Source: Kiritimatiellia bacterium
GTDB lineage: Bacteria; Verrucomicrobiota; Kiritimatiellia; RFP12; UBA1067
Direction of reading: 5' to 3'
Assembly: GCA_051884875.1 (NCBI GenBank)
Contig: JBJEWD010000020.1
Coordinates: forward strand, 26,930 to 90,929
DNA length: 64,000 nucleotides
In this document: positions 48,728-61,058 of the stretch, piece after piece
How the letters are laid out: the number at the start of each line of letters is the position of its first letter
Position numbering within the stretch: the stretch's first letter is position 1
Position numbers and translations under genes: made by a program
Notes under the pieces: generated by a model
Databases searched by the model: none
What the model saw: only the letters and a program-made list of their open reading frames with translations
What the model was told of the DNA's origin: nothing

Positions 48728-49780
48728 TTATTCGTCGACCGTTTCGTCGCGCTGGTAGACGGGCAGCTGACGGTAAGGCACGGCGAACGCCAGAATGATC
48801 ATCGACGTCGCGTAGGCCTTCGAATCTTCACCGCCATGACCGCGCCACGATCCGTCGGACGCCTGCAACGGCAGGAAGGTGTCGTACATCCAGGTTGAGA
48901 ACTCCTTCCAGTTTTCGCCGCCGAGCTGGAACAGTCCCTGCGACGCATAGTACATGCCGTAGAACTTGTAGTCCTGATTCATCATACCGTCTTTCTCGGT
49001 GCTCTTGTAGACGCGCATGAGATAGCGCGCCGCGGCCAGGGAGTCGGGGTCTTCGTGCCGACCGCAAAGTTCGAGACAGAGGATGCCCGCCCCCGAAAGC
49101 GTCGTCGCGTACTGCGCGCCGTGCTGGTAGCCGAAGCAGCCCTTTTCCCGCACGTGATGCCGATGCATGTAATCGACGGCCGCCTTGATTGCGCTCCCCG
49201 GAACCTGCGCCCCGTTGAGACGCGCCGAGCGAAGCGCCATCAGACACCAGCCCGAGCAGGAGGTATCCGCATCGGTGGACGTCGGCGTATAGCGCCAACC
49301 GCCTTGGCTAAACTTGTCCTTCTTGATGCGCTGCGCGTCAAGGATGATCTTGATTGCCTGCGGCAAAACGGCGTCGATCTGCGCCTGCCGTTCCTTCGAC
49401 ACCATCCCCGAGACCTCCGTCATCAACAGCGTCGAAATCGCGTGCGCATACATCTTGCCGTCGCCGACTTCGCCGAAGTACCCCTCCTCCGTGCCATGGG
49501 TCAATACGTAGTCGAGCGAACGGTCGATGATTTTGCCGTATTTCGCATCGCCGGGAACGTGTCCCGTCGCCAGACACGCCATGGCCGCCAGCGCCGGCAG
49601 TGCCGTTGTGCGTCCGCGATTCTCCTTGAACGAGCCGTCCGCCTGCTGGGCCAGCAGCAGGTAATCGAGTCCCCGGGCGATGGCCTTATCGACGCGATCG
49701 GGCTCTGGCGGGGCGCCAAAGGACCCCATCGATGCGCCCAGTCCAATCACGAGCAGACACAGGGAAAGGACCCCTTTCAT
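48728..49780 (-). CDS. Secreted prenyltransferase/squalene-oxidase-repeat (alpha-alpha toroid) protein
   Basis: Signal peptide. Repeated QxxDGSF/W motifs (QQADGSFKE, QASDGSWRG). Confidence 0.5.
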   Translation of the reverse strand: MKGVLSLCLLVIGLGASMGSFGAPPEPDRVDKAIARGLDYLLLAQQADGSFKENRGRTTALPALAAMACLATGHVPGDAKYGKIIDRSLDYVLTHGTEEGYFGEVGDGKMYAHAISTLLMTEVSGMVSKERQAQIDAVLPQAIKIILDAQRIKKDKFSQGGWRYTPTSTDADTSCSGWCLMALRSARLNGAQVPGSAIKAAVDYMHRHHVREKGCFGYQHGAQYATTLSGAGILCLELCGRHEDPDSLAAARYLMRVYKSTEKDGMMNQDYKFYGMYYASQGLFQLGGENWKEFSTWMYDTFLPLQASDGSWRGHGGEDSKAYATSMIILAFAVPYRQLPVYQRDETVDE

Positions 49781-52700
49781 TTCTTGCCTCCTTCATTGAG
49801 GGCCTCAAAGTAGTCGCGGACGAGTCCGCGGTATTCCTGCGGCACGTCGTCGAGCGTATCGGTATCGGCGCCCGTGGCCGTCTCGCTCTTCATCTTGAAC
49901 CAGTCGGAACCGTCTTCCGACTCTTCGCCCGGCGGCAGCAACGGGCCGCCCTTCTGCGGCATCTGAGGGCCTTGCGACGTTCCCGTGCCGTGCGGATCGG
50001 AGGGCCCTTCCGACACGGAGTCGTCGGCAGGCTGGAACCGATCCATCGGCAGGTTATGCTGCCGGGCCGTCTGCTGCGCCTTCTGCTGCATTTTGGCCGC
50101 GGTCTGCCGGGCCGTCTGCTGCGCGGTCTGCTGGGCGGCAGACGGCTCTGGCGGGTCTTGCGGCTGGCCTGGTTGTTGCTGACCGTCCGGTTGCGGCTGG
50201 CCTGGTTGTTGCTGACCGTCCGGTTGCGGCTGGCCTGGTTGTTGCTGACCGTCCGGTTGCGGCTGGCCTGGTTGTTGTTGACCGTCTGGTTGCGGCTGGC
50301 CTGGTTGTTGCTGACCGTCTGGTTGCGGCTGGCCTGGTTGTTGCTGACCGTCCGACTGCGGCTGACTTGATTGTTGCTGATCGCCCGACTGCGGTTTGGC
50401 GGCTTCCTCCGCTGCAGCCTTCGCGGCGGAAACGGCCGCGTCAAGCGACTGCTGCATAGCGCTGTAGTCCTGTCTATTCGCGGCAAGCTCCCTGCCCTTG
50501 GTCTCCAGCCGTTCCCGCGCGGCCGTGAGATCCTGCTGTGCCTTTCGAAGGGCATCCGTGACACTCTGCATATCCTCCTGCGCCCCCGCTGCATCGCCGT
50601 TCTTCATCTTCTCGGCGGCCGCGTTGGCCGTCTGGGCGGCCTTGTATTCATCCGCGCAGGCATCCTTCATCGGCTGCGCAGTCGCGGTGGGATCGTCCTC
50701 GACGGGTCCCACCCGCTGTTCGATCTCGCGTTCGAGACCGGCCAGACGATTGGCGTGGTCGCGTATCTCCTTGGCCAGTCCTTCCTCCTCCCGCGCGACC
50801 GCCGCGCGCGCGTCTTCGGATTGCGCGGCGGCTGCCTTCTCCTGAAGTTCCGTCTGACGCCTTTCGAGCTGCGAGGTCTTCTGCCGCATATCCTCGGTGA
50901 CTTTCTTCTGCCAATCGAGATTCCCGCGAAGCTCCTCGCGGAAATCCTCGCCGAACCGTTTTGCCAGCGCCTCCTCGCGTTCGGCCAGTTCCTGCGCATC
51001 GATCTCGTTCTTCGCATACATTTCGGCGAGTGCCTCCTCGCGCGCCGCGTAGTCCGCCAGCTTCTGCAGTTTCTCCGCCGCCTTGGTCAGCGCCTCGTAG
51101 CGCCGCCGCGCTTTGTCCAGTTCGCTGAGACAGGTCTGGACGCTCGTGGCCGCGCGGCCGCAGGATTCGGCCTTCTGCGGATTGCGGGACTGAAGATAGA
51201 CGTCCTCGATTTCCTGCCGGGTCGGCGTAAAGTGACCGGAGAGAACCGGACGGAAAAGATCGGCGCCCGTCTCCAGACGACTGTCCGCCAGATTCGCGAT
51301 GAAAGTCGCCAGAAGACCTTCCGCCGCGGTCATGCCGCTCTTCGCCCAGTTGAGGTTGTTGCGGGCCTCACGTTCGTGGTTGACGTTGTCCGCGCCCTTG
51401 AAGTGGTGGCTCGAGGATTCCAGGCAACGCTTGGCGGACTCGAGCTTCCGGCGAATCGCGTCCAGCTCGGCGCGTCCTTCGGCGATCTGCTGTGCCAGCG
51501 ACTGGCGCGCCAGCGACGTGTTCTGCGAAACGAGCGTCACGGTGATTTCCGGCGAGTAGACCGTACCCGGTCCGCCCATCGTTTCGGGGAGCGTATCGCT
51601 CGCCTTCACCCGGAAGCGCACCACGCCGGCATTGCCGAAGTTCTTGCCGGCGAAATGCACGACCGTCTCGTCCGACCATCGGACGCCCCCCGTCCTACGG
51701 GGCGCCAGCGTCTCACATTCTTCCCAGGCGCCCGCGCCCGCGCACATCTCCAGCACGGTCGAGGAAAGGCCGAAGTCCTCCTGGATTTCGTAGGCGAGCG
51801 GCAGTTCGCCGAACGCGGGCAGCTTCATCTCCAGGACCTCGGGCTGGATGAGCCGTATCGTCGGCGCCGCATCCTTAACGAGCGTGATGGACGCGGTCTC
51901 CAGCTGGTTGGAGAAACCGTTTGCATCCCAGACCCGAAGCCCCCACGATCCTTCGCACTCCCGGTCCAGGAGGAACTCGACGGCCATGAGTCCGTCCTCC
52001 GTGCGTGTCGCCGGCACCGTGCGGGCGCCGGGCAGAACGGCCGCGCCTTCGAGATCGGGTGCTGACGGGCGGAAGGTGACGCGCACCGTCGAACCGGGCA
52101 GCCCCACCACAGCGGCCGTGTTCGTGTAACGGTCGGGGGCGCGCACCGTATACGCGGGATGGTGAATCTCGATCGCACGGGCCGAGAATGCCGGCTCGGG
52201 GACGACCCGCACGTTGAACGCCCGCGTGAGACCGCCCCCGCACTTCACGCGGTAGGTGAAATCCCGGTCGGCCCGGGGATAGGTGTAGGTGAAGGAGGCC
52301 CTGTCCTCCGCATCGCCCGACTCCTTCTCCATGCGCTCAACGGACTCCGCGCCGCCGCCGATACGCATGCGGATAAAGGCCTTGCTGAGCAAACGCCCCT
52401 CCGCCACCATCTTGACGGTGAACGGCTCGCCCGCGAGCGCGATCGCGTCCCCCGGCTGCACGCTGATGGCGGAGGCGTAGACGTTATCGACCTCCGAACC
52501 CGGCAGCGCGGCGAAGACGAAGGCGTTCGCCGCGAACTTCGGAAAGACGAGGGCAATGCCGGCGATGAGCGACCCCGCGACGACCACGGCGACCAGCCAC
52601 GGGACCATCGACCGCATCGAGATCTCATGTCGGGGCGAGACCTTGCCCGCGTCCCTGACGGCCGCATGCGTCAGTTCCTCGATGAGACGGGACGAGACGT

Positions 52701-53061
52701 CGGCATCCCCGGCGACCGAGGCGAGACCGACGACCGAGGAGAGGCGTTCGTCTAGCTCCGGATGGTTGCGCTCGATGAACGCCGCGATCTCCCACGGCGC
52801 GTAGCGGCGCAGGAGCGGACGGAGAAGCGAAACCCAGGCGGTGGTCGCGACGGCCCCGACCGAAACGCCCCAGAAGATCCACCGCACCCAGCGGGCGATG
52901 TCGTCGATGGCGGCGAACATGCCCCAGCTCACGAGCATGAAGATGGCCGCGACGGTGACCATGGTGAAGATGCCGCGGAGGAGGATGATGCTTCGGATGC
53001 GACGGATGCTCCCGCGGAGAATCCGGGCGATTTCAGGCGGAATGTTCTTGAAGGTGCTCAT
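49777..53061 (-). CDS. Large membrane-anchored protein with a long coiled coil and QPQPDGQQQPG tandem repeats
   Basis: 1094 aa: N-terminal 2 TM, a beta-rich region, an E/A/K/R-rich coiled coil, 7 repeats of 11 aa, and an acidic C-terminus. Confidence 0.5.
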   Translation of the reverse strand: MSTFKNIPPEIARILRGSIRRIRSIILLRGIFTMVTVAAIFMLVSWGMFAAIDDIARWVRWIFWGVSVGAVATTAWVSLLRPLLRRYAPWEIAAFIERNHPELDERLSSVVGLASVAGDADVSSRLIEELTHAAVRDAGKVSPRHEISMRSMVPWLVAVVVAGSLIAGIALVFPKFAANAFVFAALPGSEVDNVYASAISVQPGDAIALAGEPFTVKMVAEGRLLSKAFIRMRIGGGAESVERMEKESGDAEDRASFTYTYPRADRDFTYRVKCGGGLTRAFNVRVVPEPAFSARAIEIHHPAYTVRAPDRYTNTAAVVGLPGSTVRVTFRPSAPDLEGAAVLPGARTVPATRTEDGLMAVEFLLDRECEGSWGLRVWDANGFSNQLETASITLVKDAAPTIRLIQPEVLEMKLPAFGELPLAYEIQEDFGLSSTVLEMCAGAGAWEECETLAPRRTGGVRWSDETVVHFAGKNFGNAGVVRFRVKASDTLPETMGGPGTVYSPEITVTLVSQNTSLARQSLAQQIAEGRAELDAIRRKLESAKRCLESSSHHFKGADNVNHEREARNNLNWAKSGMTAAEGLLATFIANLADSRLETGADLFRPVLSGHFTPTRQEIEDVYLQSRNPQKAESCGRAATSVQTCLSELDKARRRYEALTKAAEKLQKLADYAAREEALAEMYAKNEIDAQELAEREEALAKRFGEDFREELRGNLDWQKKVTEDMRQKTSQLERRQTELQEKAAAAQSEDARAAVAREEEGLAKEIRDHANRLAGLEREIEQRVGPVEDDPTATAQPMKDACADEYKAAQTANAAAEKMKNGDAAGAQEDMQSVTDALRKAQQDLTAARERLETKGRELAANRQDYSAMQQSLDAAVSAAKAAAEEAAKPQSGDQQQSSQPQSDGQQQPGQPQPDGQQQPGQPQPDGQQQPGQPQPDGQQQPGQPQPDGQQQPGQPQPDGQQQPGQPQDPPEPSAAQQTAQQTARQTAAKMQQKAQQTARQHNLPMDRFQPADDSVSEGPSDPHGTGTSQGPQMPQKGGPLLPPGEESEDGSDWFKMKSETATGADTDTLDDVPQEYRGLVRDYFEALNEGGKK
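50161..50391. repeat. Seven tandem copies of a 33-bp unit (CGGCTGGCCTGGTTGTTGCTGACCGTCCGGTTG), the last degenerate
   Basis: Copies 1-3 are identical and copies 4-7 carry 1-6 substitutions each. They encode QPQPDGQQQPG on the minus strand. Confidence 0.9.
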
Positions 53062-53065
53062 GGCG

Positions 53066-55771
53066 TCAGACCAGCGAAACCCGTTTGCGGAAAATCCATT
53101 CGACCGTCAGGAAGGCGACGATGAGGATGAACAGCGGCGGCAGGCTCCAGAGATTTAGTTCGACGCGGTCCTGAACCTGCTTCGAGCCGCCGCCGAAATC
53201 CTCGCTGAGCTTCACGTAGGCGCTCGGCGACAGCACGCTTCCGCCCGTCGCGCGGGCGATGCGCTCGGCGGCGTCGCGCGTGGCCGTGATCTCCACCTCC
53301 TCGGCCGGCTGTTTCGTGGTGACGACGACGAACTTCGTCGTGAGGCACGGCGGATAGAGCCTCCCGATGACCCCCGCCGCAGCGGCGCACTCCAGCGTCA
53401 GCGTGTAGACGCCCGGCTCGACGCACCCGGGAATCGCACACTCGTAGAAGCCGTTGGCGTCGGGGCGCGGCGTCGGATAGAGCGCGAAAGGCTTTCTCCC
53501 GCTGCCCTCCGGCGGCGTGACGACGAGACGCGGGTCTAGGCCCTGCACGCCGTTGAACATCTTGTCGAGAATGCGTACGTAGGCCCGAACCTCCTCACCC
53601 GCACCGTAACGCAGCTGATCCGTGCCGATGCGGACGTGCTCGTTGCCCGCGCGCAGGCGCTCGCCCGCACCCCAGCGCATGACCTGGCCCCAGAAGCGGT
53701 GGTGCCGCTCGTCGCCCGCCTTCGTGCGCAGCCGCCACATCGAATCGGTCGTCAGCATCAGGACGCGACCGCGACCGCGCGGGCAGGCGGTGATAAGCGC
53801 ATTGCGGCTCTCCCGGTCGCGCAGGTCCTCCAGGCGCCGGAGCGCGGCTTCGGGATCCTCTTCGATGAGGCTGGCGATGGAGATCGTCGCCTTCGGCCCG
53901 CGATCGCCGCCCGCCGGCTGCGCGAAGGCAAGGACGTCCGAGCCCGGCTTGACTCCTTCGACCGGCAGCCGCCAGTGGAAATCGGGGAGCGCGTCCCAGA
54001 TTTCCTCGTTCTCCGATGGGGATGAGCTCTGGCTCATGACGGTGTGCCCGCGCCCCGCCGGGGCGAGCGTGAAACGGAAATTGTCCTCGGGCGCCGCGCG
54101 GCGGCTCGTCGCGCCCGGCGTATACGTAATCGGCAGGAGCGCCCGGAAGGTCTCGTCCGTGACGGCGTGCGGCATGTACTCCGAGCCGCAGATGACCACC
54201 AGCAGCGCGCCGCGTTCCTCGACGCAGTAGCGCAGACGCTCGATGACGCGCGCATCGAGGACGGTCGGAGCGATGTCGCCGAGGATGATGACGTCGAATT
54301 TGCGCCACTCATCGGCATCGACAGGCCAGTCGCCGGCCTCGGAATCGCCGAACGGCCGCGACGCACTCGCCGGGGGAGGCCGAATCGCCTCGACGCCGGC
54401 GATCGTATCGGGATGTACGAGCCAGTCCTGCAGATGCACGGACTTGTCGCGCCCGTAGAAAAGATTCCGCAAATAGCGGTACTCCCAGCGCGGACGCCCA
54501 TCGACCAGCAGGACGTTGGTGCGGTCGTCGCTGACGGCGACCTCAAGCGCGCGCACGTTGTTGTCCGCGAAAAGCTCCCCGTCCAGATGCGTGACCTCGA
54601 ACCGGTAGCCGTAGACGCCCTTCCCTTCCGGCACGTGAACGAATTTGAATTCCTTCGACCAGTCCTCGCCTTCAACGGTGAAGCTCCGCTCCTCGATCAG
54701 ACCCTCCTCGCCGGACGAGAAGCGAATCGCCGCGCGGCGGCCGTTCGCATGCGTCGCCGCCACGCGGATGGTGAAGCGGATCTTGTCGCCGAGGAACACG
54801 GATTCGCGCGAATCCGCGGCGGCGATGGAAAGGTCGAACGGCTTGACGGTGCCGCCGATCACCACGGTCGAGACCGCAATGCCGTAGCCGCCGAGGCGGC
54901 GTGCGACGGATTCGACGCCCGCATCGCCGTTGTGGCGGCCGTCCGTCAGGAGGATGATGCTCGTGATCTCCTCGGGCGGGACCTCCGACAACACCCGTTC
55001 GAGTGCGCGGGTGATGTCGGTCGTCGAGCGGAACATCTCCTCCCGGGCGTCCCGCGCAGCCCCTTCGTCGACCGCCTCGCCGCGCATCACCGCCTCATCC
55101 CGTTCAAGTCCGTTGCCGAAACGGAAGACATCGACGGTGTATCTGGCCGCCGTGCGTCTGAGGAAGCTCTCCTCGCCGCCCACCTGGGCGAGCCGACGGA
55201 TCATTTCCGCGCGCGTAAGTCCGCCCTCGGGCAGTTTCGCGCCCAGCGCCTCCTCGAGGTCGCGGCGCTCATCCTCGGTCAGCAGACCGTCCTTGAAGTG
55301 CATCGAGGCGGAATCATCGACAAGCACCACGACGCGACGGTTCACCGTCCGTTCGCGCTCGCCGATGAGGACGGGCTGCAACAGGACGACGAGCGCCGTG
55401 GCGACGGCGGCCATGCGGCATGCCACGAGGATCCGCGCCGTCGGCGGCGGCACGCGCGAGCACTCGTGCACGTAGAACGCGGAGACGAGCTCAAGCGCCG
55501 CCGCACCGGCGAGGGCGCAGAGGTAGAGCGGCCACGGCGTCGCCAGGAAGACGAGACGCGCGAGGAACTGCAGCACGAACCAGGCGCCGGCGGTGCCGAG
55601 CGGCAGGTTCATCAGGGCGCGGCGCCAGACGTTGAACCGATTCGAGCCGTAGCGGCGCAACGCCCAGTGGCAGCCCATCCAGAGGGCGACGCCGAAGACA
55701 GCCAGCACCGCGAGAAGCCCTGTCGCCATCGACTCCGGCAGCAGATCGGTGCGGATTACATTCTGATCCAT
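53066..55771 (-). CDS. vWA-domain membrane protein (BatB-like, greatly extended)
   Basis: N-terminal TM helices and MIDAS VVLVDDSASM. Confidence 0.6.
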   Translation of the reverse strand: MDQNVIRTDLLPESMATGLLAVLAVFGVALWMGCHWALRRYGSNRFNVWRRALMNLPLGTAGAWFVLQFLARLVFLATPWPLYLCALAGAAALELVSAFYVHECSRVPPPTARILVACRMAAVATALVVLLQPVLIGERERTVNRRVVVLVDDSASMHFKDGLLTEDERRDLEEALGAKLPEGGLTRAEMIRRLAQVGGEESFLRRTAARYTVDVFRFGNGLERDEAVMRGEAVDEGAARDAREEMFRSTTDITRALERVLSEVPPEEITSIILLTDGRHNGDAGVESVARRLGGYGIAVSTVVIGGTVKPFDLSIAAADSRESVFLGDKIRFTIRVAATHANGRRAAIRFSSGEEGLIEERSFTVEGEDWSKEFKFVHVPEGKGVYGYRFEVTHLDGELFADNNVRALEVAVSDDRTNVLLVDGRPRWEYRYLRNLFYGRDKSVHLQDWLVHPDTIAGVEAIRPPPASASRPFGDSEAGDWPVDADEWRKFDVIILGDIAPTVLDARVIERLRYCVEERGALLVVICGSEYMPHAVTDETFRALLPITYTPGATSRRAAPEDNFRFTLAPAGRGHTVMSQSSSPSENEEIWDALPDFHWRLPVEGVKPGSDVLAFAQPAGGDRGPKATISIASLIEEDPEAALRRLEDLRDRESRNALITACPRGRGRVLMLTTDSMWRLRTKAGDERHHRFWGQVMRWGAGERLRAGNEHVRIGTDQLRYGAGEEVRAYVRILDKMFNGVQGLDPRLVVTPPEGSGRKPFALYPTPRPDANGFYECAIPGCVEPGVYTLTLECAAAAGVIGRLYPPCLTTKFVVVTTKQPAEEVEITATRDAAERIARATGGSVLSPSAYVKLSEDFGGGSKQVQDRVELNLWSLPPLFILIVAFLTVEWIFRKRVSLV

Positions 55772-58608
55772 GAGCCCTCCGTGTCGATGATGTCACCCGT
55801 GCGGCGGTTGATCGCAATCCACCGGGCGATCGCCGGCTCGGCGACGAGGAAGAGGAGGGCGAAGATGGCGATCGTTCGCCAGATCTCCTTGCCGAAGCTC
55901 TGTCCGGTGATGGCGTTCAGGACGTCTTCGTCCTTGATCGCCTGCGAAATCTGGACGAAGGAGCCGAGGCCGGAGAGCTGTCCCTGCGAAATCGCCGTCA
56001 TGGTCGACTCCTCGACGCCCGACGAAACCGAGAAGCGAATCTTGCCATCGGCGCCCGTCACGCCTTCGAGCGCATGGCGGTAGACATCGGGCAGCTCGGA
56101 TATCTCGTAGACGCCCGGCACGACGGGCAGCGACGAGCGGAAGAAGATTCCTTCATCCGCATCGAACAGCTCGATGCCGTCCTGGAACAGGAGTTCGCCG
56201 TGCGGATCGGTGAGCTTGACGAGTTCGCCGACGCTCGCCACGCCCTTGGCGCGCGTGCGCAGGAATTCGGACGGGATGATGCCGCGCCGCCCGTCGGGGC
56301 ACACCCACTTGAGGCGACAGGCCGCGTGAACCGTATCCTCCCCGTACTTGACCTCCAGGGCGTATGCCTTGCCCGCCTCGAGCTTGACGTCGCCCCAGTT
56401 GGCGATGCGTCGTCCGTCCACCCAGCAGGCGGCGCGGTCATCCGCCTCCAGGACGAACTTGTACGTGCCGTCCAGCGGCGGCGTCAGGACGCCGCGCCAC
56501 CGGACGGAGAAGTTGTCGGCGGGGAAGTCCTTCAGCGGGGCATTGACGCCCCAGTCGAACGCGATGTTCGCATCGACGCGCACCACGGGAGGCCCCTGCA
56601 GATCGGGCTTCGCGTAGTAGTAGCCGACGAGGCCGTTCGCGCTCGTGGCTTCGCCGCCCGCCGCGCCCGAGGCGACGAGCAGCGTCAGCGTCTCCTGCGG
56701 ACGCACGTCGAGCGAGACGGCCGCCGGCTTCGCGAGACCGTAGGCGAGCTCGTGCATCAGCGGCAGGAAGCCGCGTTTGGTGACGAGGCCCGACGACGGG
56801 TCGAAGCGGACGGCGGACTGGACGATCTCGCCCGCCCCGTACGTCCGCGTGACGACGAGCGGCGTCTCGTCCTTCAGCCGGGCGATCACGACGGCATTCG
56901 AGGCGAAGCCGTCGCCGAAATCCATCACCAGGTCCAGCGTGGCGCTGCCGAGATCGGTGCCCGAGCGGAAACGCGCGAGCCGCTCGCGGAAACCGTCCGC
57001 ATCGAGTTCGGCGGTGTTCCTCCGCCAGGCGCCCAGCGGCGCGGGAAGCACCCTCGCGCCGTCCGCCGTCCAGGCGTTGAAGACCCCGGCGTCGGAACCC
57101 GCGCCCGGCATGAAGAGGAGTCCGCCGCCGGCACGGACGAAATCGGCGAGCGTCGCGAGCGCCTTGGGCGGCAGTCGGCGGACGCCGCAGAGGACGACCG
57201 CCGCGAAGCCGCCGAAACTCGTGCGGGCGCCGGCGAGGGTGACGTCTTCGAGAACCGTCTCGATGAGATAGGCCTTCGTCTCGTCCGCACGCAGGGTCTG
57301 CGGCCGGAGCGCGAGACGCACGTAGGTCGAGGCGCGGTCCCGGAAGCCCACCCCCGGATCGCCGTCGACGACAAGCACCTTGAGCGACTTGACGACGGGC
57401 ATCGCATATCTGTACGTGTCGTCCACGGGCAGATCGTCCTGCGCATCGATATGCGCGGTGACGACCGTGCCGCCCGGCTGCGCAAAGCGGTGGGTGAAAC
57501 TGAAGATCTGGCTCTCGCCCGGATTGAGCGGATGAACCTCGCGAGCCTGGAGGACAGCGTCTTCGACGTGCAGCGTGACGCCCTTCGGGGTCACGGTTTC
57601 GGTGCCGGCGTTGACGACCGTCACGTCAAGGCGCACCTCGCGGTCGATACCGACGACGGCGCGCGCCGGACGAATGGAGGCGATGGCGAGGTTGCGGATC
57701 GAGGACGGCAGCGGCAGGGTGCGCCAGGTGATGATCGGCGGACGGTCCTTGAGGATGGTTTCGAAAGTGCGGCGGACGGTGCGCCAGCGTTCGGCGTCCT
57801 CCAGATGCCAGCCCGTCGTCTGCCCGTCGCCCAGGACGACGATCTGCTTGACCATGTTGGGACCGCTCGCCAGTACCACGCCGGCGGCGGTGAGGCAAGG
57901 GACGATCTCCATCGTGCCGTTCGCCAGATGGACGCGGTCGAGCGCGTTCATGATCACGCGTTTGTCGGCAACCGGCCGCGGCGTGACGACCTGCGGCACG
58001 GGGCCGCCCAGAATGACGGCGAAACTGGTGTTCGGCGGCGCGAGCTCGACGTACTTCTTCGCCTCCTCAATCGCACGTTCGAAATTGGACTTGCCGTCCT
58101 GGGCGATCGACATCGAGCCCGAGCCGTCGAGCAGGAGCACGACATCCTTCGCCGCGCCGCCGCCGAACCGCCTGAGATTGAACCAACGTTCGCCCACGAC
58201 GATGACGAGCGCCAATGCCGCGAGAGCCAGTCCGCCGCAGAAGGCGAGGCGTCGGTAGAGCGGATAGCGCCAGAGCGCGAATGAGACGCCGATCGCCGTA
58301 ATCGAGAGGACGACGAGCGGCATCGTGATCGCCCACGGCACGGGCGAATCGGGCCGTACGAACGGACGGGCGAACGCAAGCGCGAGGAGCGCGAGCGCAA
58401 GGCAGCGGCAGGCGAGAAGGAGGACGTCCTCCAGCAGCACCTTCCGCTTGCGCTTGCGCATCGTGAGGTCCAGGAACAGCCACGCGCCCCACGGGATGCG
58501 GCGGGCGTTCTTGCGCGTGAGGAGCTGGATGACGATCGGAATGGCGACCGCCAGAAGCCCGAAGAGCATGAGGATGCTGATGAACTGCATCGAGGGCGTC
58601 CTCCTCAC
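55756..58608 (-). CDS. vWA-domain membrane protein (BatA-like) with a C-terminal PA14-like domain
   Basis: BatA-type double TM, MIDAS VVLLLDGSGSM, and a PA14-like GVLTPPLDGTYKF. Confidence 0.6.
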   Translation of the reverse strand: MRRTPSMQFISILMLFGLLAVAIPIVIQLLTRKNARRIPWGAWLFLDLTMRKRKRKVLLEDVLLLACRCLALALLALAFARPFVRPDSPVPWAITMPLVVLSITAIGVSFALWRYPLYRRLAFCGGLALAALALVIVVGERWFNLRRFGGGAAKDVVLLLDGSGSMSIAQDGKSNFERAIEEAKKYVELAPPNTSFAVILGGPVPQVVTPRPVADKRVIMNALDRVHLANGTMEIVPCLTAAGVVLASGPNMVKQIVVLGDGQTTGWHLEDAERWRTVRRTFETILKDRPPIITWRTLPLPSSIRNLAIASIRPARAVVGIDREVRLDVTVVNAGTETVTPKGVTLHVEDAVLQAREVHPLNPGESQIFSFTHRFAQPGGTVVTAHIDAQDDLPVDDTYRYAMPVVKSLKVLVVDGDPGVGFRDRASTYVRLALRPQTLRADETKAYLIETVLEDVTLAGARTSFGGFAAVVLCGVRRLPPKALATLADFVRAGGGLLFMPGAGSDAGVFNAWTADGARVLPAPLGAWRRNTAELDADGFRERLARFRSGTDLGSATLDLVMDFGDGFASNAVVIARLKDETPLVVTRTYGAGEIVQSAVRFDPSSGLVTKRGFLPLMHELAYGLAKPAAVSLDVRPQETLTLLVASGAAGGEATSANGLVGYYYAKPDLQGPPVVRVDANIAFDWGVNAPLKDFPADNFSVRWRGVLTPPLDGTYKFVLEADDRAACWVDGRRIANWGDVKLEAGKAYALEVKYGEDTVHAACRLKWVCPDGRRGIIPSEFLRTRAKGVASVGELVKLTDPHGELLFQDGIELFDADEGIFFRSSLPVVPGVYEISELPDVYRHALEGVTGADGKIRFSVSSGVEESTMTAISQGQLSGLGSFVQISQAIKDEDVLNAITGQSFGKEIWRTIAIFALLFLVAEPAIARWIAINRRTGDIIDTEGSWIRM

Positions 58609-59540
58609 CGCCCGCCGCTGCGGCGGCGCGCGAAGTAATCGACAAGGGCCCGGTCGAACGGCACCCTGGTGTTCATCGGGACGTAGTCCGCGCCCATCTT
58701 GCGCACGCCGTCCCCGATCTTCTTGAGGAAACGATTGACCTGCTCCAGATAGCTCGCGCGGATCGACTGGGCGTCGAGCATCAGCTCGCCCGTCCCCTCC
58801 AGGTTGTCGAAGTGGACGTGGCCGTCGAACGTGAAGGATATCTCCTCGTCGGCCATCACGTGAAGGACGACGATCTCGTGCCGACGGTAGTTGAAGTGGT
58901 ACAGCGCCTTCAGCAGCGCATCCCGATCGGGCGAGAAGAGGTCAGAGACGATGACGACGAGGCCGCGCTCCGGAATGCGTTCGGCGACGTCATCGAAGAT
59001 CGGCGCGGGATCGGTTTCGCCGCCGGGCCGGGTTCCGTCCAGGAGTTCGAGAATGCGCCGGGTCTGCGATGCCGAGGACTTCGCGGGCAGATACGCGCGG
59101 ATCTTCGTGTCGAAGGTGACGAGCCCGACGGCATCCTGCTGACCGGTGAGCATGTAGGCGATCCCGGCGGCCAGATAGCGCGCATAGTCAAACTTCGAGA
59201 GACGCCGCCCCTCCATCTCCGCAGCGGCATCGCCCGCATAGGCCATCGATCCTGAACAGTCGAGGAGAATCGTCGCACGCAGGTTCGTCTCCTCCTCGTA
59301 CTGACGGATGTAGAGACGGTCTTTGCGGCCGAGGACCTTCCAGTCGAGCGTGCGCAGATCGTCGCCGGGGATGTAGGCGCGGTGTTCCGCAAATTCGACG
59401 GAATTGCCCTTCTTCGGCGAACGGTGACGCCCCGCGATGAAGCCCGACTTCATCGTGCGACCGAAGAGTTCGCAGCGCGCCAGGGTCGCCGTCGTCGACG
59501 GCGGCAACCACCTCATATATGCGGGAGCGGAGTCTTTCAT
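58605..59540 (-). CDS. DUF58 protein (MoxR-associated vWA-like)
   Basis: GNSVEFAEHRAYIPGDDLRTLDWKV...ILLDCSGSM. Confidence 0.8.
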   Translation of the reverse strand: MKDSAPAYMRWLPPSTTATLARCELFGRTMKSGFIAGRHRSPKKGNSVEFAEHRAYIPGDDLRTLDWKVLGRKDRLYIRQYEEETNLRATILLDCSGSMAYAGDAAAEMEGRRLSKFDYARYLAAGIAYMLTGQQDAVGLVTFDTKIRAYLPAKSSASQTRRILELLDGTRPGGETDPAPIFDDVAERIPERGLVVIVSDLFSPDRDALLKALYHFNYRRHEIVVLHVMADEEISFTFDGHVHFDNLEGTGELMLDAQSIRASYLEQVNRFLKKIGDGVRKMGADYVPMNTRVPFDRALVDYFARRRSGGR

Positions 59541-59564
59541 TCCCCATGATCCCAGACCCCGCCC

Positions 59565-61058
<1,494 letters not shown>

